Source: Octopus sinensis
Lineage: Eukaryota
Reading direction: 5' to 3'
NCBI RefSeq assembly: GCF_006345805.1
Contig: NC_043022.1
Location: 9,796,001 to 9,860,000 of the forward strand
Length of the DNA stretch: 64,000 nucleotides
Both the position numbers and the translations under genes were made by a program. Position 1 is the first letter of the stretch. Each line of letters begins with the position of its first letter. Shown piece after piece: positions 27,101-41,050 of this stretch. The notes beneath the pieces are model-generated. The model was not told the origin of the DNA. It saw only the letters and a list, made by a program, of their open reading frames with translations, and searched no databases.

Positions 27101-27969
27101 GCGCTACCCGTTTCGGATAAGCTCTACAGACACGGCTCGAGAACACGGGGCCGACCTGCCCGAGATGCGGTCAGAGCGACGAAACCGTTCTGCACGCACT
27201 CGTTCAGTGTCCAACAATTTCCGACCTGTGGGCTTATGTCGAACAACTGCTGTCACGTGTGGGACGAGTCGGTTTATCAGCTGAGTCTATCGTCAATATT
27301 GTCACGCCTCCTTCCTTCAAACGGGAAGGAAGAGCTATTTTCATAATCCTTGTGGCTATGGCGAAAGAATGTATCTGGTGGACGCGTCTGAAAGGATTGG
27401 AGACAAAACACTTCCTCTCTGGTCAATCTCTCATCAACTTCTTCAAGTACCACTTGAAAAGGAAAGTGAGAGTAGAGAGGCAAGTTTTGTCTAGCGAATG
27501 TTTTAAAAAAAGATGGGTGAATGTAGCAAGAATGGCACGTATGAATGACGAAGCCACCTTGAGCATAGTCCTATGAACCCAGAAATCGAAAACAGAGAGT
27601 TGCTTATTTGCAAAAAAAAAAAAAAAAAAAAAAAGAAATATAAAATGTGACTCATTGACCGAGGTTACCGTGGTCTTTTCCGTAGGCTTTTCTTTCCACG
27701 GGTAAACCTCACCTGTCCTCCCCTTTACACTTCATATTGACATTTCTGTGATAACGATCCCTATTGATCATTTTTTTTCCTCTCCCCTCTTTTTTTTTTT
27801 TTTTTTTTTAACCCCCCCTATTTTTGTCCTCTTCTCTCCTTTTACGATCCCTTTTGATCGAACCTCCCCCTTCCTTTTTTTTTTTTTTTTTTTAAACCTT
27901 CAAAAGAAAAGCTCTACCTTGTAATTTGTTCTATCTGTGTGCAGCCCTGTGTGGCTAATAAAGAAACAT
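24126..27969 (+). mobile_element. Tx1-clade LINE copy 5 (whole ORF2 plus 3' UTR)
   Basis: Starts about 17 nt before the ORF2 ATG; contains APE, RT, zinc knuckle and 3' UTR. Confidence 0.92.
24143..27576 (+). CDS. ORF2 APE-RT-CCHC polyprotein of Tx1-clade LINE, frameshifted as assembled
   Basis: MIKIGCVNARGL...ISETRL; GDWNATLD; SYLDRILC; YTDHKLV; GPGYWKLNAS; [13 protein letters not shown]; NFRPITLLNAD; DQSKAFDRV; YADD; CPRC-x7-H-x4-C. Breaks are mostly 1-nt indels. Confidence 0.8.
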
Positions 27970-28018
27970 ATCTATCTGTCTATCTGTCTATCTATCTATC
28001 TATCTATCGATCTATCTA

Positions 28019-28061
<43 letters not shown>

Positions 28062-28198
28062 GTCTATCTGTCTATCTGTCTATCTGTCTATCTATCTATC
28101 GATCTACCTATCTACCTATCTGTCTATCTGTCTATCTATCTATCTGTCTATCTGTCTATCTATCTGTCTATCTGTCTATCTGTCTATCGATCTATCGA

Positions 28199-28252
<54 letters not shown>

Positions 28253-28271
28253 GATCTATCTATCTATCTAT

Positions 28272-28431
28272 GCAGGCGTGCCTGTGTGGTAAGAAGCTTG
28301 CTTCCCAGCCATATGGTCCCGGGTTCAGTCCCACTGTGTGGCACCTTGGGAAGGTGTCTTCTACTATAGCCTCGGGCTGACCAAAGCCATGTAAGTGGAT
28401 TTGGTAGACGGAAACTGAAAGAAGCCCGTCG
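28272..28431 (+). mobile_element. SINE family B head
   Basis: Same family as 17104-17260. Confidence 0.8.
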
Positions 28432-28443
28432 TATATATGTATG

Positions 28444-28480
<37 letters not shown>

Positions 28481-28633
28481 ATGGGTCCTTGTCTGTGTTC
28501 GTTCCTCTCCACCACTTATGAGAAGGAGTATGAGAACGTGTGAGAAGGAGTAACAACATCAACCGTGATCCTGTAGCGATGTGTGTCCACGTTTATTTTG
28601 ATTGCAGTATATGTATAAAAACAGACAAGTTCA

Positions 28634-28852
28634 AAAGATGAAAGGCAAAGTCGACCTCGGCGGAATTTGAACTCAGAACGTAGCGGCAGACGAAATACTG
28701 CTAAGCATTTCGCCCGGCTTGCTAACGCTTCTGCCAGCTCGCCGCCTTAACTCTGTGTGACAACCGTGGAATGTAACAAAGAATAAATAAAGCCATTGGT
28801 GTCACCATGAGGAAGACAGCGCCACTGAAAAGCATAACAGGTGAATAAGATC
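28634..28852. repeat. Duplicate of 16250-16472 (SINE A head plus RTE flank junction)
   Basis: The identical junction CCTTAACTCTGTGTGACAACCGTGGAATG occurs at both sites. Confidence 0.85.
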
Positions 28853-29228
28853 CATGTAACTGGCGGTTTTTAATTATTTAAATAAATGTGCATTAGGAGT
28901 TCAATACAGAACAGGCAACTCGTGCTTTTCATCCGACTCGCAGTTTTTGAAGATAATGTAAGGAAAGTGCTCAATGCCTTGTGACTGAAGATGAAATCCA
29001 AGTCTTGACAAACTCTTGTGAGATTGACCCTAAAGGTGATGGATTTGCTTTTCCAGGTGTGCTGTTAGTATTAGGTCATCTCCAAATTGCACGTCTCTGG
29101 TGAATATCACTTTTTGCACTTAGGACAGACGGGACCGTTTCATTTTTTTTTTTGTGGAAGCAAAATCCATCTCCTGATATTGCAAAGGCGAGCTTCAGCA
29201 TGACGTTGTGTGTGTGTGTGTGTGGTGT

Positions 29229-29278
<50 letters not shown>

Positions 29279-29923
29279 GTGTGTGTGTGTATGTGTGTTT
29301 TTGCATGTGTGTATGAGTGTATTATTTATATATACACGTACAGACACACTCAACACATCTATTTACATATGTATTTGTATATATATTTATATATTCACAT
29401 TCATAAGTATATATATATAATACGCACACATGCAAATGAAAGGTTTATGTATGTATACGGAAAATGTTATATATGCATGCATATACACACACTCACACAC
29501 ACACTCACACACACACACATACACACACACACACACACATATAGAAGATACAAACATGTGTGTGCATATATTTATAAATTATATATATATATATATATAT
29601 GTATGTATATAAATTTATACACATATTTATGTATGTACAATAAGCATATTTATATATGTGTATATACATACATATATTTATAAATATACAAATATATGTG
29701 CATTGTGTATGTATGTACGTATACACACACACATACATACATGCATATACATACATATATATAATATATGACTGAAGATTGAAGGCTTCGAATGATTTGT
29801 CTGTGTTCCGTGTTCGTCCCTTCCTGTATTTCACGTTCATTATATATAAAAACATTCATTCTTATATATATATTATATATATATATATATATATACATAT
29901 ATATATAATATATTATATATATA

Positions 29924-29999
<76 letters not shown>

Positions 30000-30147
30000 T
30001 TGCATGTATGTCCAGATATGTGTGTGGTGTGTGTGTGTGTGTGAGAGACAGAGATAGAGAAAGGGTGATGGAGAGATGAAGATAGGGAAAGAACATGTAT
30101 AAGAAAGGTGAGTCACTGATAGTAAAAGAGCAAGAAATGTGCGTATC

Positions 30148-30178
<31 letters not shown>

Positions 30179-30222
30179 TTGGGCGTGTGCATGTGTTGTG
30201 CATATGTGTGTGTGTGTATATA

Positions 30223-30255
<33 letters not shown>

Positions 30256-31774
30256 ATGCGTGTGTGTGTATTTCTCTGCCCCAGTGACTTGTTCTGCTAA
30301 GTTAGGTTTTATGGTCGAACCAACAGCAACGGATATTGTAGTTATTACATCACTGCTTCTGGTTACTTCTAGCAACAACAACAACAACAACAACGACGAC
30401 AACAACAACTGCACATCGACATCAACATCACGCCAACCATTAATACCATCACCACCACCACCGTCACCGTCACCACGCTTAAATAAAACTACCATTGATA
30501 CTACTACCGTCAGCACCACCGCCACTTAAACTACCATCATCATCATCATCATCATCACAACCACCGCTGCCAACCATCATCACCACCATCACCCCTCTCA
30601 TCATTATGGCCATCATCATCATCACTCAACACTACATTCACCTTGAACCTCACCACCACCACCACCATCACCTTCATGATGATGGTCATCATCATCAGCA
30701 TCACCATCATCATCATGATCATCTTATCCAGCAGCATTATCGTTATCATCACCACTACCAACATACCATCACCATCACCACTACCAACATACAACTACCA
30801 TCACCACCACCATCGTCATCACCATCACAACCGCCACTATTACTACTGTTTGCTATCACCACCACAAATACAACCAGTACCGCTACTACCATCGCCACAA
30901 CCACCACAACCATCACCACAACAACCACCATCACCATAACTACCACCACCATCTCCACTCTCACCAGAACCATCAGCACCACTACCATCATCACCACCAT
31001 TACAACCACATATCGCCTCAACCATCACCACAACCATTACCTCTATCACCACCACCACCACCATTACAACACTCCCCCACCCGGCCATCCACCCAGTTTG
31101 CTCAGATATTCATCCATTTATCACTTCAGTATGCTTCGAACATGGATGCAATGAATGTGTCTCAAAACAACGAAGAAACTCACCAACGTCAGCCATTAAG
31201 AGCAGAAGTGAACGCTCTTGATAAAAACTAGCAGCACCCGTGATTGGTTAATTTTTACTCTGTCCGAACCTACCCAGGTACCTACCCGTATATATACATG
31301 TGTGTGTGAGTGTGTGTTGTGTTCTCTGTCTATGCAGGCTCACATGACCGTACGCACATTTCCCATTTACATAAAAGCTCGTTCTCGTATATATATATAT
31401 ATATATATTATATATTATATATATATATATTATATATATATATATATATATAATGTATATATATATATGTGTATATATATGTGTATATATGTATATATAT
31501 GTGTATATGTATATATATATATATGTATATATATGTATATATATGTATGTATATATATATGTATATATATATGTATATATATGTATATATATATATTATA
31601 TATTTATAAGTATGTATGTATATATATATATATTTAATATATATATATATTATATATGTATATATATATATATATAATATTATATATATAATATGTATGT
31701 ATGTATGTATATATATATGTATATATATATATATATATGTATATATTATATATATATATATATATGAATTTATA

Positions 31775-31842
<68 letters not shown>

Positions 31843-31987
31843 CATATATATGAGCAAGACTGCATAGTTGAAAGGTATTTTTATCTTCAATAGGCGCTCA
31901 GACTTATGGAGTGTACTTGTGTGTGGATGTGTATGTCCACACGTATGAAAGTGCGTGTATTCATATCTATCTATCTATCTACAGTAA

Positions 31988-32024
<37 letters not shown>

Positions 32025-32040
32025 CATAATAATAATAACT

Positions 32041-32612
32041 GCCCTGATGCAGTACCAGACAGTGGCTCTCATGGCTTCTGATCTTAACTGATTGGAAGTG
32101 TTATCATGTACATTGTTTTGTCTTGGTATAAAAGATGGCCCACAGCAAATATTCTGCTCAATACCACAGATTTGCTTGTCAGTTGTTTGACCTTAACCAG
32201 TTGACCATGTCCCTTAGTGGCTGACGATATGTGCATCTCTGATCATAAGCAGAAGTAGTGGGCGAGCATCATAGCCGTGTGTTGAAAGGAATTCTTAGAG
32301 GTTTGGATAATTCACCTTTGGAAATATGGGTGGTTCATTCAACATCCTTAAACAATCCTTATTCAAGGACTTTTTGAGCGGGATGGGCTACTCGACCAGA
32401 AGAAAATTCTAACTGTGCCCCACCTACAAGGTCATGCGCTGTTTATCTTGATATGAGATCACCATGTCGCGCACATATGGTTGTGATGCATGTGCCTGGT
32501 GTACCCTTATCAGACGGGTAGTCATGATGGGTATACTGGGCTTCGTATATTTTACCCCAGTGTCGCTTTGACGGCATGCACTGCTCTCTCACTCAATAAT
32601 AATAATAATAAT
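32041..32612 (+). mobile_element. Retroposon family C
   Basis: Homologous to 6585-7017; (AAT)n tail. Confidence 0.75.
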
Positions 32613-32734
32613 CCATGGATGGAATTCATAATTTTTTTAAAGCATTGCTACGCTCGTTTCCACAAATATTTATAAATTCAATCCATGGATTATTATTATT
32701 ATTATTATATTATTATTATTATTATTATTATTAT

Positions 32735-32912
32735 TGAGTGAGAGAGCAGTTCATGCCATCAAAGTGACACTGGGATACAATTATACGAAGCCCAATATAC
32801 CCATCATGACTACCCGTCTGATAAGGGTACACCAGACACATGCATCACAACCATATGTGTGCGATATGGCGATCTTATATCAAGATAAACAGCACATGAC
32901 CTCGCAGGTAGG
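32735..32912 (-). mobile_element. Retroposon family C 3' fragment, inverted relative to its neighbour
   Basis: Reverse complement of 32420-32600. Confidence 0.8.
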
Positions 32913-33098
32913 GCCCAATCACTACCACTACTACTACTACTACATTTATCCCACGTTATATCGACACAGCTCGGTGCGACCCCTAAAAACTCGTGTTGCC
33001 AGTTGGTATCGTTAGACTGTAGTTGGCATAATAAAATAGAAGCTTTTATATGTTTATTATATGTATATTAAAAATGTTTCCTGTAATGAACTTAAACG

Positions 33099-33138
<40 letters not shown>

Positions 33139-33260
33139 ATACACACATATAAAATAATTCTACTGCTAATTAAACCGTTAAAAGCAAACGTTTTCACGTT
33201 CTCTCGAAGTTTCTAAACTCGACGTAATATATAATATAGACATTCGTACAAACATACATT

Positions 33261-33302
<42 letters not shown>

Positions 33303-33600
33303 ACACACACACACATACATACATACATACATATACATACATACATACATACATACAAGCACACAAGAATTCTAATTATTTTTCGGATCCAATAGAATCG
33401 AGGCATTTTAAGGTAGAGTCGAGGGTAGCACACGCGTGTATCAATAGTTTGTACGGACACTTAGGTAGTTACTAAACCAAAAACAGAATTGTCCTTACAG
33501 TTACGCATACATTCACAGGTAAAGGCCAAATGCACATCGTAAACAGGAGTATGCTCTGGAATGCTGCCCACGGTCCACTGTAGGCTTAAGATCCAACGCA

Positions 33601-33880
33601 GGGAAGGTTTGACTGGGGTGGTACGTCTGTCAAACAGTAATGCAGGCGACCCAAGGCGAGCTCAGCGTGGATGGAAACCACACGTCGAGCAAAAGATCAC
33701 CCAATCTCGTTTTTAAGTACGAATACAGACCGCGAAAGCCTGGCCCATCGATCCTTTCCGCGTTGGCTCAAGATCCAACGCAAAGAAATTTCCAAGCGTG
33801 GTTTAATATGAATAATACCACAAATGGGCTGAGGTTCACTACAACCGTTTCAGACGTGTTTTTTTTTTATTGATGAACAA
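33601..33880 (+). pseudogene. Decayed 28S (LSU) rRNA 3'-domain fragment
   Basis: GTTTGACTGGGGTGGTAC..TGTCAAAC..GGCGAGCTCAG..GAAACC..GTACGAATACAGACCGCGAAAGC..CGATCCTT matches conserved eukaryotic LSU from memory; two deletions. Confidence 0.75.
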
Positions 33881-34974
33881 ATCAATTACATCATATAAAT
33901 TTAAACGTTTTCTTCAGGTGAATTTATTTTATTAAATTGGTCATACCTAAGGAAGATACTTAGCAAAAATGGCTTGGTAAAATTCTAATCCAGAAGATCT
34001 CCAGCTGGAGCGTGAGTGAGTTGGAGCGTGTACTTATCATTGAATGTAGGTATGTTGGTGCGTGGATGTGTTGGAGCGCAGCTGAGTTTGAGTGTAGGCA
34101 AGCCGGAGTGCGGACATGTTAGTGTATGAGAAAAAGGGTTATGCCTTTGTATTTAAGCGTTGCTATGTCGCAGTTTGAGTGCGTTGGAATAAAACTGTAA
34201 TGGCGTATCGCGGAGCTTAGAATCCATCGGTGGGTTACGGGTTGATTTACTGACGAGGGGCTGTATAGGGCTATTGAAAAGTATGAATTCACACATCCTC
34301 TATTTCTAACACATACACACCTCACACACTAACATATATATCATAGACACTACACTACACTACACACACACAGAACTTTCTTATAAATCCAATCTTGCTT
34401 GTTTACCCACACCCTCCCAACCTTTCTTTTATTTACACACAGAAATACACCTCTGTCCCTCCCTCTAACTCACGTACCCTCCCTCTCTCTCTCTCTAATT
34501 CACATCGTTCCTTCCTCCCCCTCTCTCTCTTACTCACCTCCCCCTCCTCCCTCTCTCTCTAACACACATCTCTCTCCCTCTAACTCACATGCTTCCTTCC
34601 TCCCCGTCTCTTCAACTTACCTCCTTTCTCTCTCCCCTCTAAATACCCATACTCCCATATTAACACAAATATGGGCATCTCTTTCTTTTTTTCTCATTGT
34701 CTCCCCCTCTCATTCCTTCACTCTCTCTCTTTCTACCTTCCACCCCTCTCTCACTCTCTCTCTTTCCAGCTAAATCTTTCCTTTTCTCTCATTAATTTAT
34801 ACACTTTTATACACTCTGTACTGTCCTTAAACACACACACACACACACACAACACACACACACTTATTCAAATAATCACACACACTCCCATCTCTATGTA
34901 ACTCACCACAACCTCTCGCTTTCCAAACACACACACAAACGCACTATTTTAATACACACACATCAAGAGAACAT

Positions 34975-35390
34975 TGTTCATTTATACACACACAAACACA
35001 ACCCCACACAACACACATACATATACACACGCATACATACACTACCTCGTACAACAGACACATATACGTACACTACCTCATACAACAGACACACATACAT
35101 ACACTACCTCATACAACACACACACGTATACATACACTACCTTACAAATACACACACACATACATACAGTACCTCACACAACACACATACATACACTATC
35201 TCACACAATACACACATACGTACACTATCTCACACAACACACACACATATACATACACTACCTCACACAACACACACACACACATACATACACTATCTCA
35301 CACAACACACACATACATACACTACCTCACACAACACACACACACACACGTATATATACACACACATACATACATATATACACACGCAAG
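34975..35390. repeat. Degenerate ~30-bp minisatellite (CATACACTACCTCACACAACACA)
   Basis: About 12 imperfect units in a CA-rich context. Confidence 0.75.
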
Positions 35391-36329
35391 TTCTGACACA
35401 CACACACGCATACAAAACCATACAAAACCATACTCACCATATACACACTAAGTCTACATACATATATATACACACACACAGACTAAATGTGCATACATGT
35501 TCACTCATCCATATAAACACACACACACACACGCAGAATCAACAACTGGATCGATTGCTCAGTGAAGCGTGACTACAGAATGCATTCCAACATTTAGATC
35601 ATCGTCGTCGTCATCATCATGACAATCATCATCGCCACCACCACCACCACCATCACACTAACCGTCGTCATCTTCGTCATCACCACTGCCGCCACCATCC
35701 ACGTCATCATCATCACCACCATCATCATCACCATCACCATCATCATCATCATCATTCTGGACTTGCTTCTTCTCATCGTGGCGATCATGATGGTCATGAA
35801 AACGATGACTATTATGATCACCATCTTCATGATCATTGCGTCATCATCATCATCGTCAGCATCATCATCATCAACAACATCATCATCATCATCTCCACCA
35901 CCTCACCACCATCACAATCCTCCCCATCATCACCACCACCACCACCATCATCATCTCCACCACAACCACAAGTGACATCATCATCATCGTCATCCTCCTC
36001 CTCCTCCTGATCATCATCATTGCCATCACCATCATCCTCATCGCCATCACCAACATCATCATCATCATTGCGATCATCAACCTCAGCGCCATGATCTTCA
36101 TCATCATCATTGTCATCATCATTATATTCAACAACACTAATCCCCAACATCACCAGCCAATAATGAAAACAACAATACCATCGCGCACTACCACCAGCCC
36201 CCACCACTACCACTACCACACACATACCAGCAGTAACACCACCACCACCCTACACACAACTGCCACCATCATACACACTACCGAAACCACACACCATCAC
36301 CACTAACACAAGTACCATCATCATCACCA

Positions 36330-36800
36330 CTTCACCACCATCACTACTACCACCACCACTTCACCATCACCACTTCACCACCACCACCCACCCATTCACT
36401 ACCACCACCGCCACTTCACCACCACCACCACCACCACTTCTCCATCATCACTTCACCACCACCACTTCAACACCACCACCCACCCATTCACTACCACCAC
36501 CGCCACTTCACCACCACCACCCACCCATTCACTACCACCACCACCACTTCACCACCACCACCCACCCATTCACTACCACCACCACCACTTCACCACCACC
36601 ACCCACCCATTCACTACCACCACCACCACTTCACCACCACCACCCACCCATTCACTACCACCACCGCCACTTCACCACCACCACCACCACCACTTCTCCA
36701 TCATCACTTCACCACCACCACTTCAACACCACCACCCACCCATTCACTACCACCACTTCACGACCACCACCACTTCAACACCACAACCCATTCACCACCA
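36330..36800. repeat. 41-bp CCA-rich minisatellite with 91-bp variants
   Basis: CCATTCACTA at 36484, 36525, 36566, 36607 and 36648 (period 41). Confidence 0.85.
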
Positions 36801-37841
36801 CCACCACACCACCCAATTCACCCACTACTGCCACTATAAACCACCACCATCGACATGCAACGAAGCATCACTGAACAAAATGGTCTAATTTTTTTTCCAT
36901 CCTTCCAAGTACACAACTGACGAAGATAACAATATATTTTCCATTGCCTCCAGAGTGTATATAAATGTCTGGCTGGATATCTCATTCTCCCAATGCATAT
37001 GCGTGCGTGAGTTTCGATACGTACGTATGAATCTATACATACGTGTGCATGCATGTATGAATATATGTGTGCTAGAGATGTATACGTATACGTCTATATG
37101 TATATATCTGCGTGTCGATAAGGCAGTGTAGTGTATATTTTACTTAAACGAGACAGCATGAATCTCTCTGGATTTGTGTGAATGCATGTAATAAGTTTTT
37201 CTGTTTTTTGTACACACGTGTGTATACGCAAGTCTTGCGCGTGATTTTGCAGGTGGTTACGAAAATATATATACATATATGCACAAATATATATATATAT
37301 ACGCATGCATCTCTCAATATATATACGGGTATATAGGTATTGATACTCGTGTAATTTTATATAGACACATGTGAATGTATTTATGTGTATGTATACATGA
37401 TTTATACACATATATGTATATATATGTATCATATATATATTTATATATATATTTGTATATTTAAATAGTTAGATGCATATATATGTATATATATATTAAA
37501 TATTTATATATATATATTTGTACATTTAAATATTTACATGCATATATATATATATGTATATATATTAAACATTTATATACATTTATGTATGTATTTATAC
37601 ACATGCATTTATAATATATATATATATATCTATTTGTGTGTGTATATATATAAATATATATACACACACAGCCACATGCATACGTATGTTTAAGTAAATA
37701 TATTTATACACACACATGCAAATAGACGCACACACATTATACATATATGTATATATATGCTGGCGTTTATGTGTATGTATTTGTGTCTGTGTGCATGCGT
37801 GTTTAGTGCTTGATGCGTCTGCATCCAACTGCATCACTATT

Positions 37842-37886
<45 letters not shown>

Positions 37887-38064
37887 AGATATATATATAT
37901 ATATATTATGTGTGTGTGCATGTGGGGGAGTGCGCGCTTGGGCGTGTCCGCGTACAGTGTGCGCATGTGAATGTGTACACTGTGTATAAATGCATGAGGT
38001 ATCTCCAAAATATCAGAATGAGGAGCCAAACATTATCTTTCAATGGAGTCTGAATAACGAATCT

Positions 38065-38164
38065 NNNNNNNNNNNNNNNNNNNNNNNNNNNNNNNNNNNN
38101 NNNNNNNNNNNNNNNNNNNNNNNNNNNNNNNNNNNNNNNNNNNNNNNNNNNNNNNNNNNNNNNN
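38065..38164. other. Assembly gap (100 N)
   Basis: Run of N. Confidence 1.
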
Positions 38165-39048
38165 CATGCACCTCACTACTCCCACCACCATCACCACTGT
38201 CACCTTCTTTGCTATGTCTGGAAGCATCTGTGTGGTTGCTCGACCAGTTAGAAATAGCCAAGCAGGAAAATCTTCAAATAATTCATGCTGGATCTAGCAG
38301 TCCCGAGCTTTTAACCTCCACGTTGGAATAAGAGGTGATGGTCACAGTTGGAATGCCTTTGCTCATAGATCTGCTTGATCTGGGCTGATTTTGTGGCTGT
38401 GGTGTTGGTGTTGTGAGGTGTGTGTGTTGGGGCTAAACAGCAACAACAACAGAAACAAGAACCTTTGAGGGAACCTTTATAATGGCAATTTGACTGGCTA
38501 AAAATAGCAGCCAAGACCCTTGCTAAAGACTACTTATAGCCCTTGGGGTAATAAAATAAATAAAAAAAGAGCCGAATATATTGAATAATGTAGTCTTAGA
38601 TACACTGTCTGAATAATGGATGGGATAGTCGTGGGTGGAACTCATTTGATTATAAATTTGCTCCTTAATTGTTGAATTGGGGATAAATAACCATAACACC
38701 AGAAATAATATGACTACCTCTATCAACACCACCACCACCACAAGGAATATGACGACAACATTGATGATGACCTCTACCACTACCATGACGATGACCACCA
38801 CCACCTGTAGTAGTTTATTCCCACTCATTTGATCTGAACAATGTGCTCAGTGAACTGTGTTAAAAGAAGTAGTTTTGTTCGATTGTTCTATGAGAGTTTG
38901 ATGTTATCTGAATGTATAACAACACCAACAACAATATGAAGAACAAAATGGAATGTGTTACGTGGAATTTACACACAAACACTACATGTTGATATTGACA
39001 ACACAACAAACTGACTGACTGCAATGTTGTGCATCTCCTGTTGCCAGG

Positions 39049-39090
39049 TATAAAAGGCGGAACAGGATAAACATTGCTTCATCAGTAAGT
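39049..39090 (+). promoter_or_regulatory. Possible TATA/Inr core promoter (possibly from a solo LTR)
   Basis: TATAAAAG at 39049-56 with TCAGT at 39082-86. Confidence 0.25.
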
Positions 39091-39596
39091 TGGAGAGAAA
39101 GTTTCTTAATGCCATTGGTGAGAGATAGGGGCATGCAATTGTGCCTGCATGACATTTAGGGACCTATAGGGATATATGTGTCACTTTCGGGGAGACTTAA
39201 GTGTCTGTAATGTGAAAGGGATGCACTTATATGTTCCTTATACCTTTGGGATGTGAGATTGGAAACAGAAGAAAATGGAGTTGGGAATGTACAGAAATAG
39301 ACTTGGCTACCCAGAGGCCAGAGTAAGCGAAACAAATTAGTGAATGCTTAAAAGTGTGTTATTAAGCATCATTATTGAATTTAATTTATGATTATGAAGG
39401 TTGCATTGCAGAAAAAGAAGACGTTTACTGTATACACACACACACAACACACACACACACACATGCATATAAATATGTTTAATTAATAGAGAGAGAGAGA
39501 AGCAGTATTAACATCAAAAGGTAATCTTCATCATGTAACCCTCCCACACACACAGATATATGGAATATATTATACACACACACACACACATAAATA

Positions 39597-39638
<42 letters not shown>

Positions 39639-39792
39639 AAAAAATAATAATGAAATTATTGTGTACAATGCTCAGGTGCACCACAACTTGCCAGAAAGTG
39701 CATATAAAGTGTATGCAGTAATGTACAAATGTCTGGAAAGCGAACAATGTATGAGTCAGATACATGTTTGCGTGTGTATGGAGGGGAGAAAA

Positions 39793-40281
39793 TCAGGTGT
39801 AGTGTTGGCGAATCTCAAGAAGCATGGAAGTTTTGAAGGATGCAGTGCTCTGGCAACTAACAACTGATGCTGGCAGTCTGTTCCATACTTCAGCAACTCT
39901 CAGCGTGAAAAAATGTTTCCGAAAGTCATGGGAGCTGTGCTGTTTTCTGACTTTGTAAACATGTCCATGGGTGTTAGACAGGTGGAGTTTGAAAAGGTGC
40001 TCAGAGTTATTGTTTGTAAGATGGCTAATAATTTTATGGATGTCTGCCAAGTCAGCTGCCAGACATCGGAGTTCCAATGTGTCCATGCCCAAGGAAGTAA
40101 GGCGTTCAGGATATGGCAAATGCCTGATGGAGGGTATTCTCTTGGTTGCACGTCGCTGAACGGTTTCCAGACGGTTAATATCCTGGAAAAGATAGGGGTT
40201 CCAGACCAGTGATGCAAATTCCAGGTGAAGTCGCACCATAGGTATATAAAGCCACAGATAGATAGACGGAGAGCGGCTCAC
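39793..40281 (-). mobile_element. CR1-clade LINE 3' fragment
   Basis: VRLHLEFASLVWNPY...LETVQRRATK...YPERL...RKHFFTLRVAEVWNRLP, typical CR1 post-RT region. Confidence 0.85.
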
Positions 40282-40469
40282 AAAGGACTTGGTGAGTGAT
40301 ACCAGTTGGTATCAGTGAAGGACTGATGACGTTTCATTTGTTCCTTTCTGAGAGCAGCTGCATCATGTTACTGAGTATCTGTGTATCAATACTACTGTTT
40401 AACTGTCTGGTTCAATGTTGGTTTTTATCACTCATTACATCAGACTTTGATTGAGATTTCAAAACAGAA

Positions 40470-41050
40470 CATTGAAATCTTTGCGGGTGATTTTAATGAA
40501 AGAGATGGCTGGAATGATAAAAGATGAGATCATGTATCATTGACCATGGTGTTTGGAAAACTAACAGCAATGATACTCAAACTTTTTTCTCTCTTTGTAG
40601 AGCATGACCTGACAATTACCGACACTATCAAAAGAAAAAAGGATCTCAGTTTAGTTAGCCCAGTACATGACTGGTATCTATGACCGGTATCTGTTTTAAC
40701 AATTCCAGAAGGGAAACTGTTGAAATTTACCCCAACAAGGATTTGAACACTGAAAATGAATGAAAAACAAAGCACAAGACAATCATGAATGCATTCCAGA
40801 TACAAAGATTTGGAATCTTATTGGCTTGAGCCTGAACTGGTTGATCGATCACAAAGATACTCTGTGGTGATGAGACTTGAAAGTTGGATCAAACATCACA
40901 TAGTACTAATAAAGACCAGATTACAAATTCACTCCCTTACTCTGCTCCAAGAGCACCAAACATTAAGAAACACAACCGTGGTAAGATTAACATTCCTGTT
41001 ACTTGTAGGGACATTCGGCACTCTCTGACATTAAAATGGTTAAAAGCACT
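40470..41050 (+). mobile_element. Very degenerate RTE-like APE remnant
   Basis: FAGDFNE and VEHDLTITDT motifs; interrupted by a SINE fragment. Confidence 0.4.

Noticed and set aside
20882-27969. Copies 3 and 5 as an assembly duplication of one element
   Set aside because: Different 5' junctions, copy 3 has its own TSD, and a separate stub lies between them; read-level confirmation is still advisable.
30480-31090. His/Thr-rich ORFs (also 35594-36306 and 53263-53754)
   Set aside because: CAC/CAT/CTA trinucleotide tracts are open in several frames on both strands.
38190-38500. Several possible small exons next to the gap
   Set aside because: Weak splice sites, stops in most frames, no recognisable protein.
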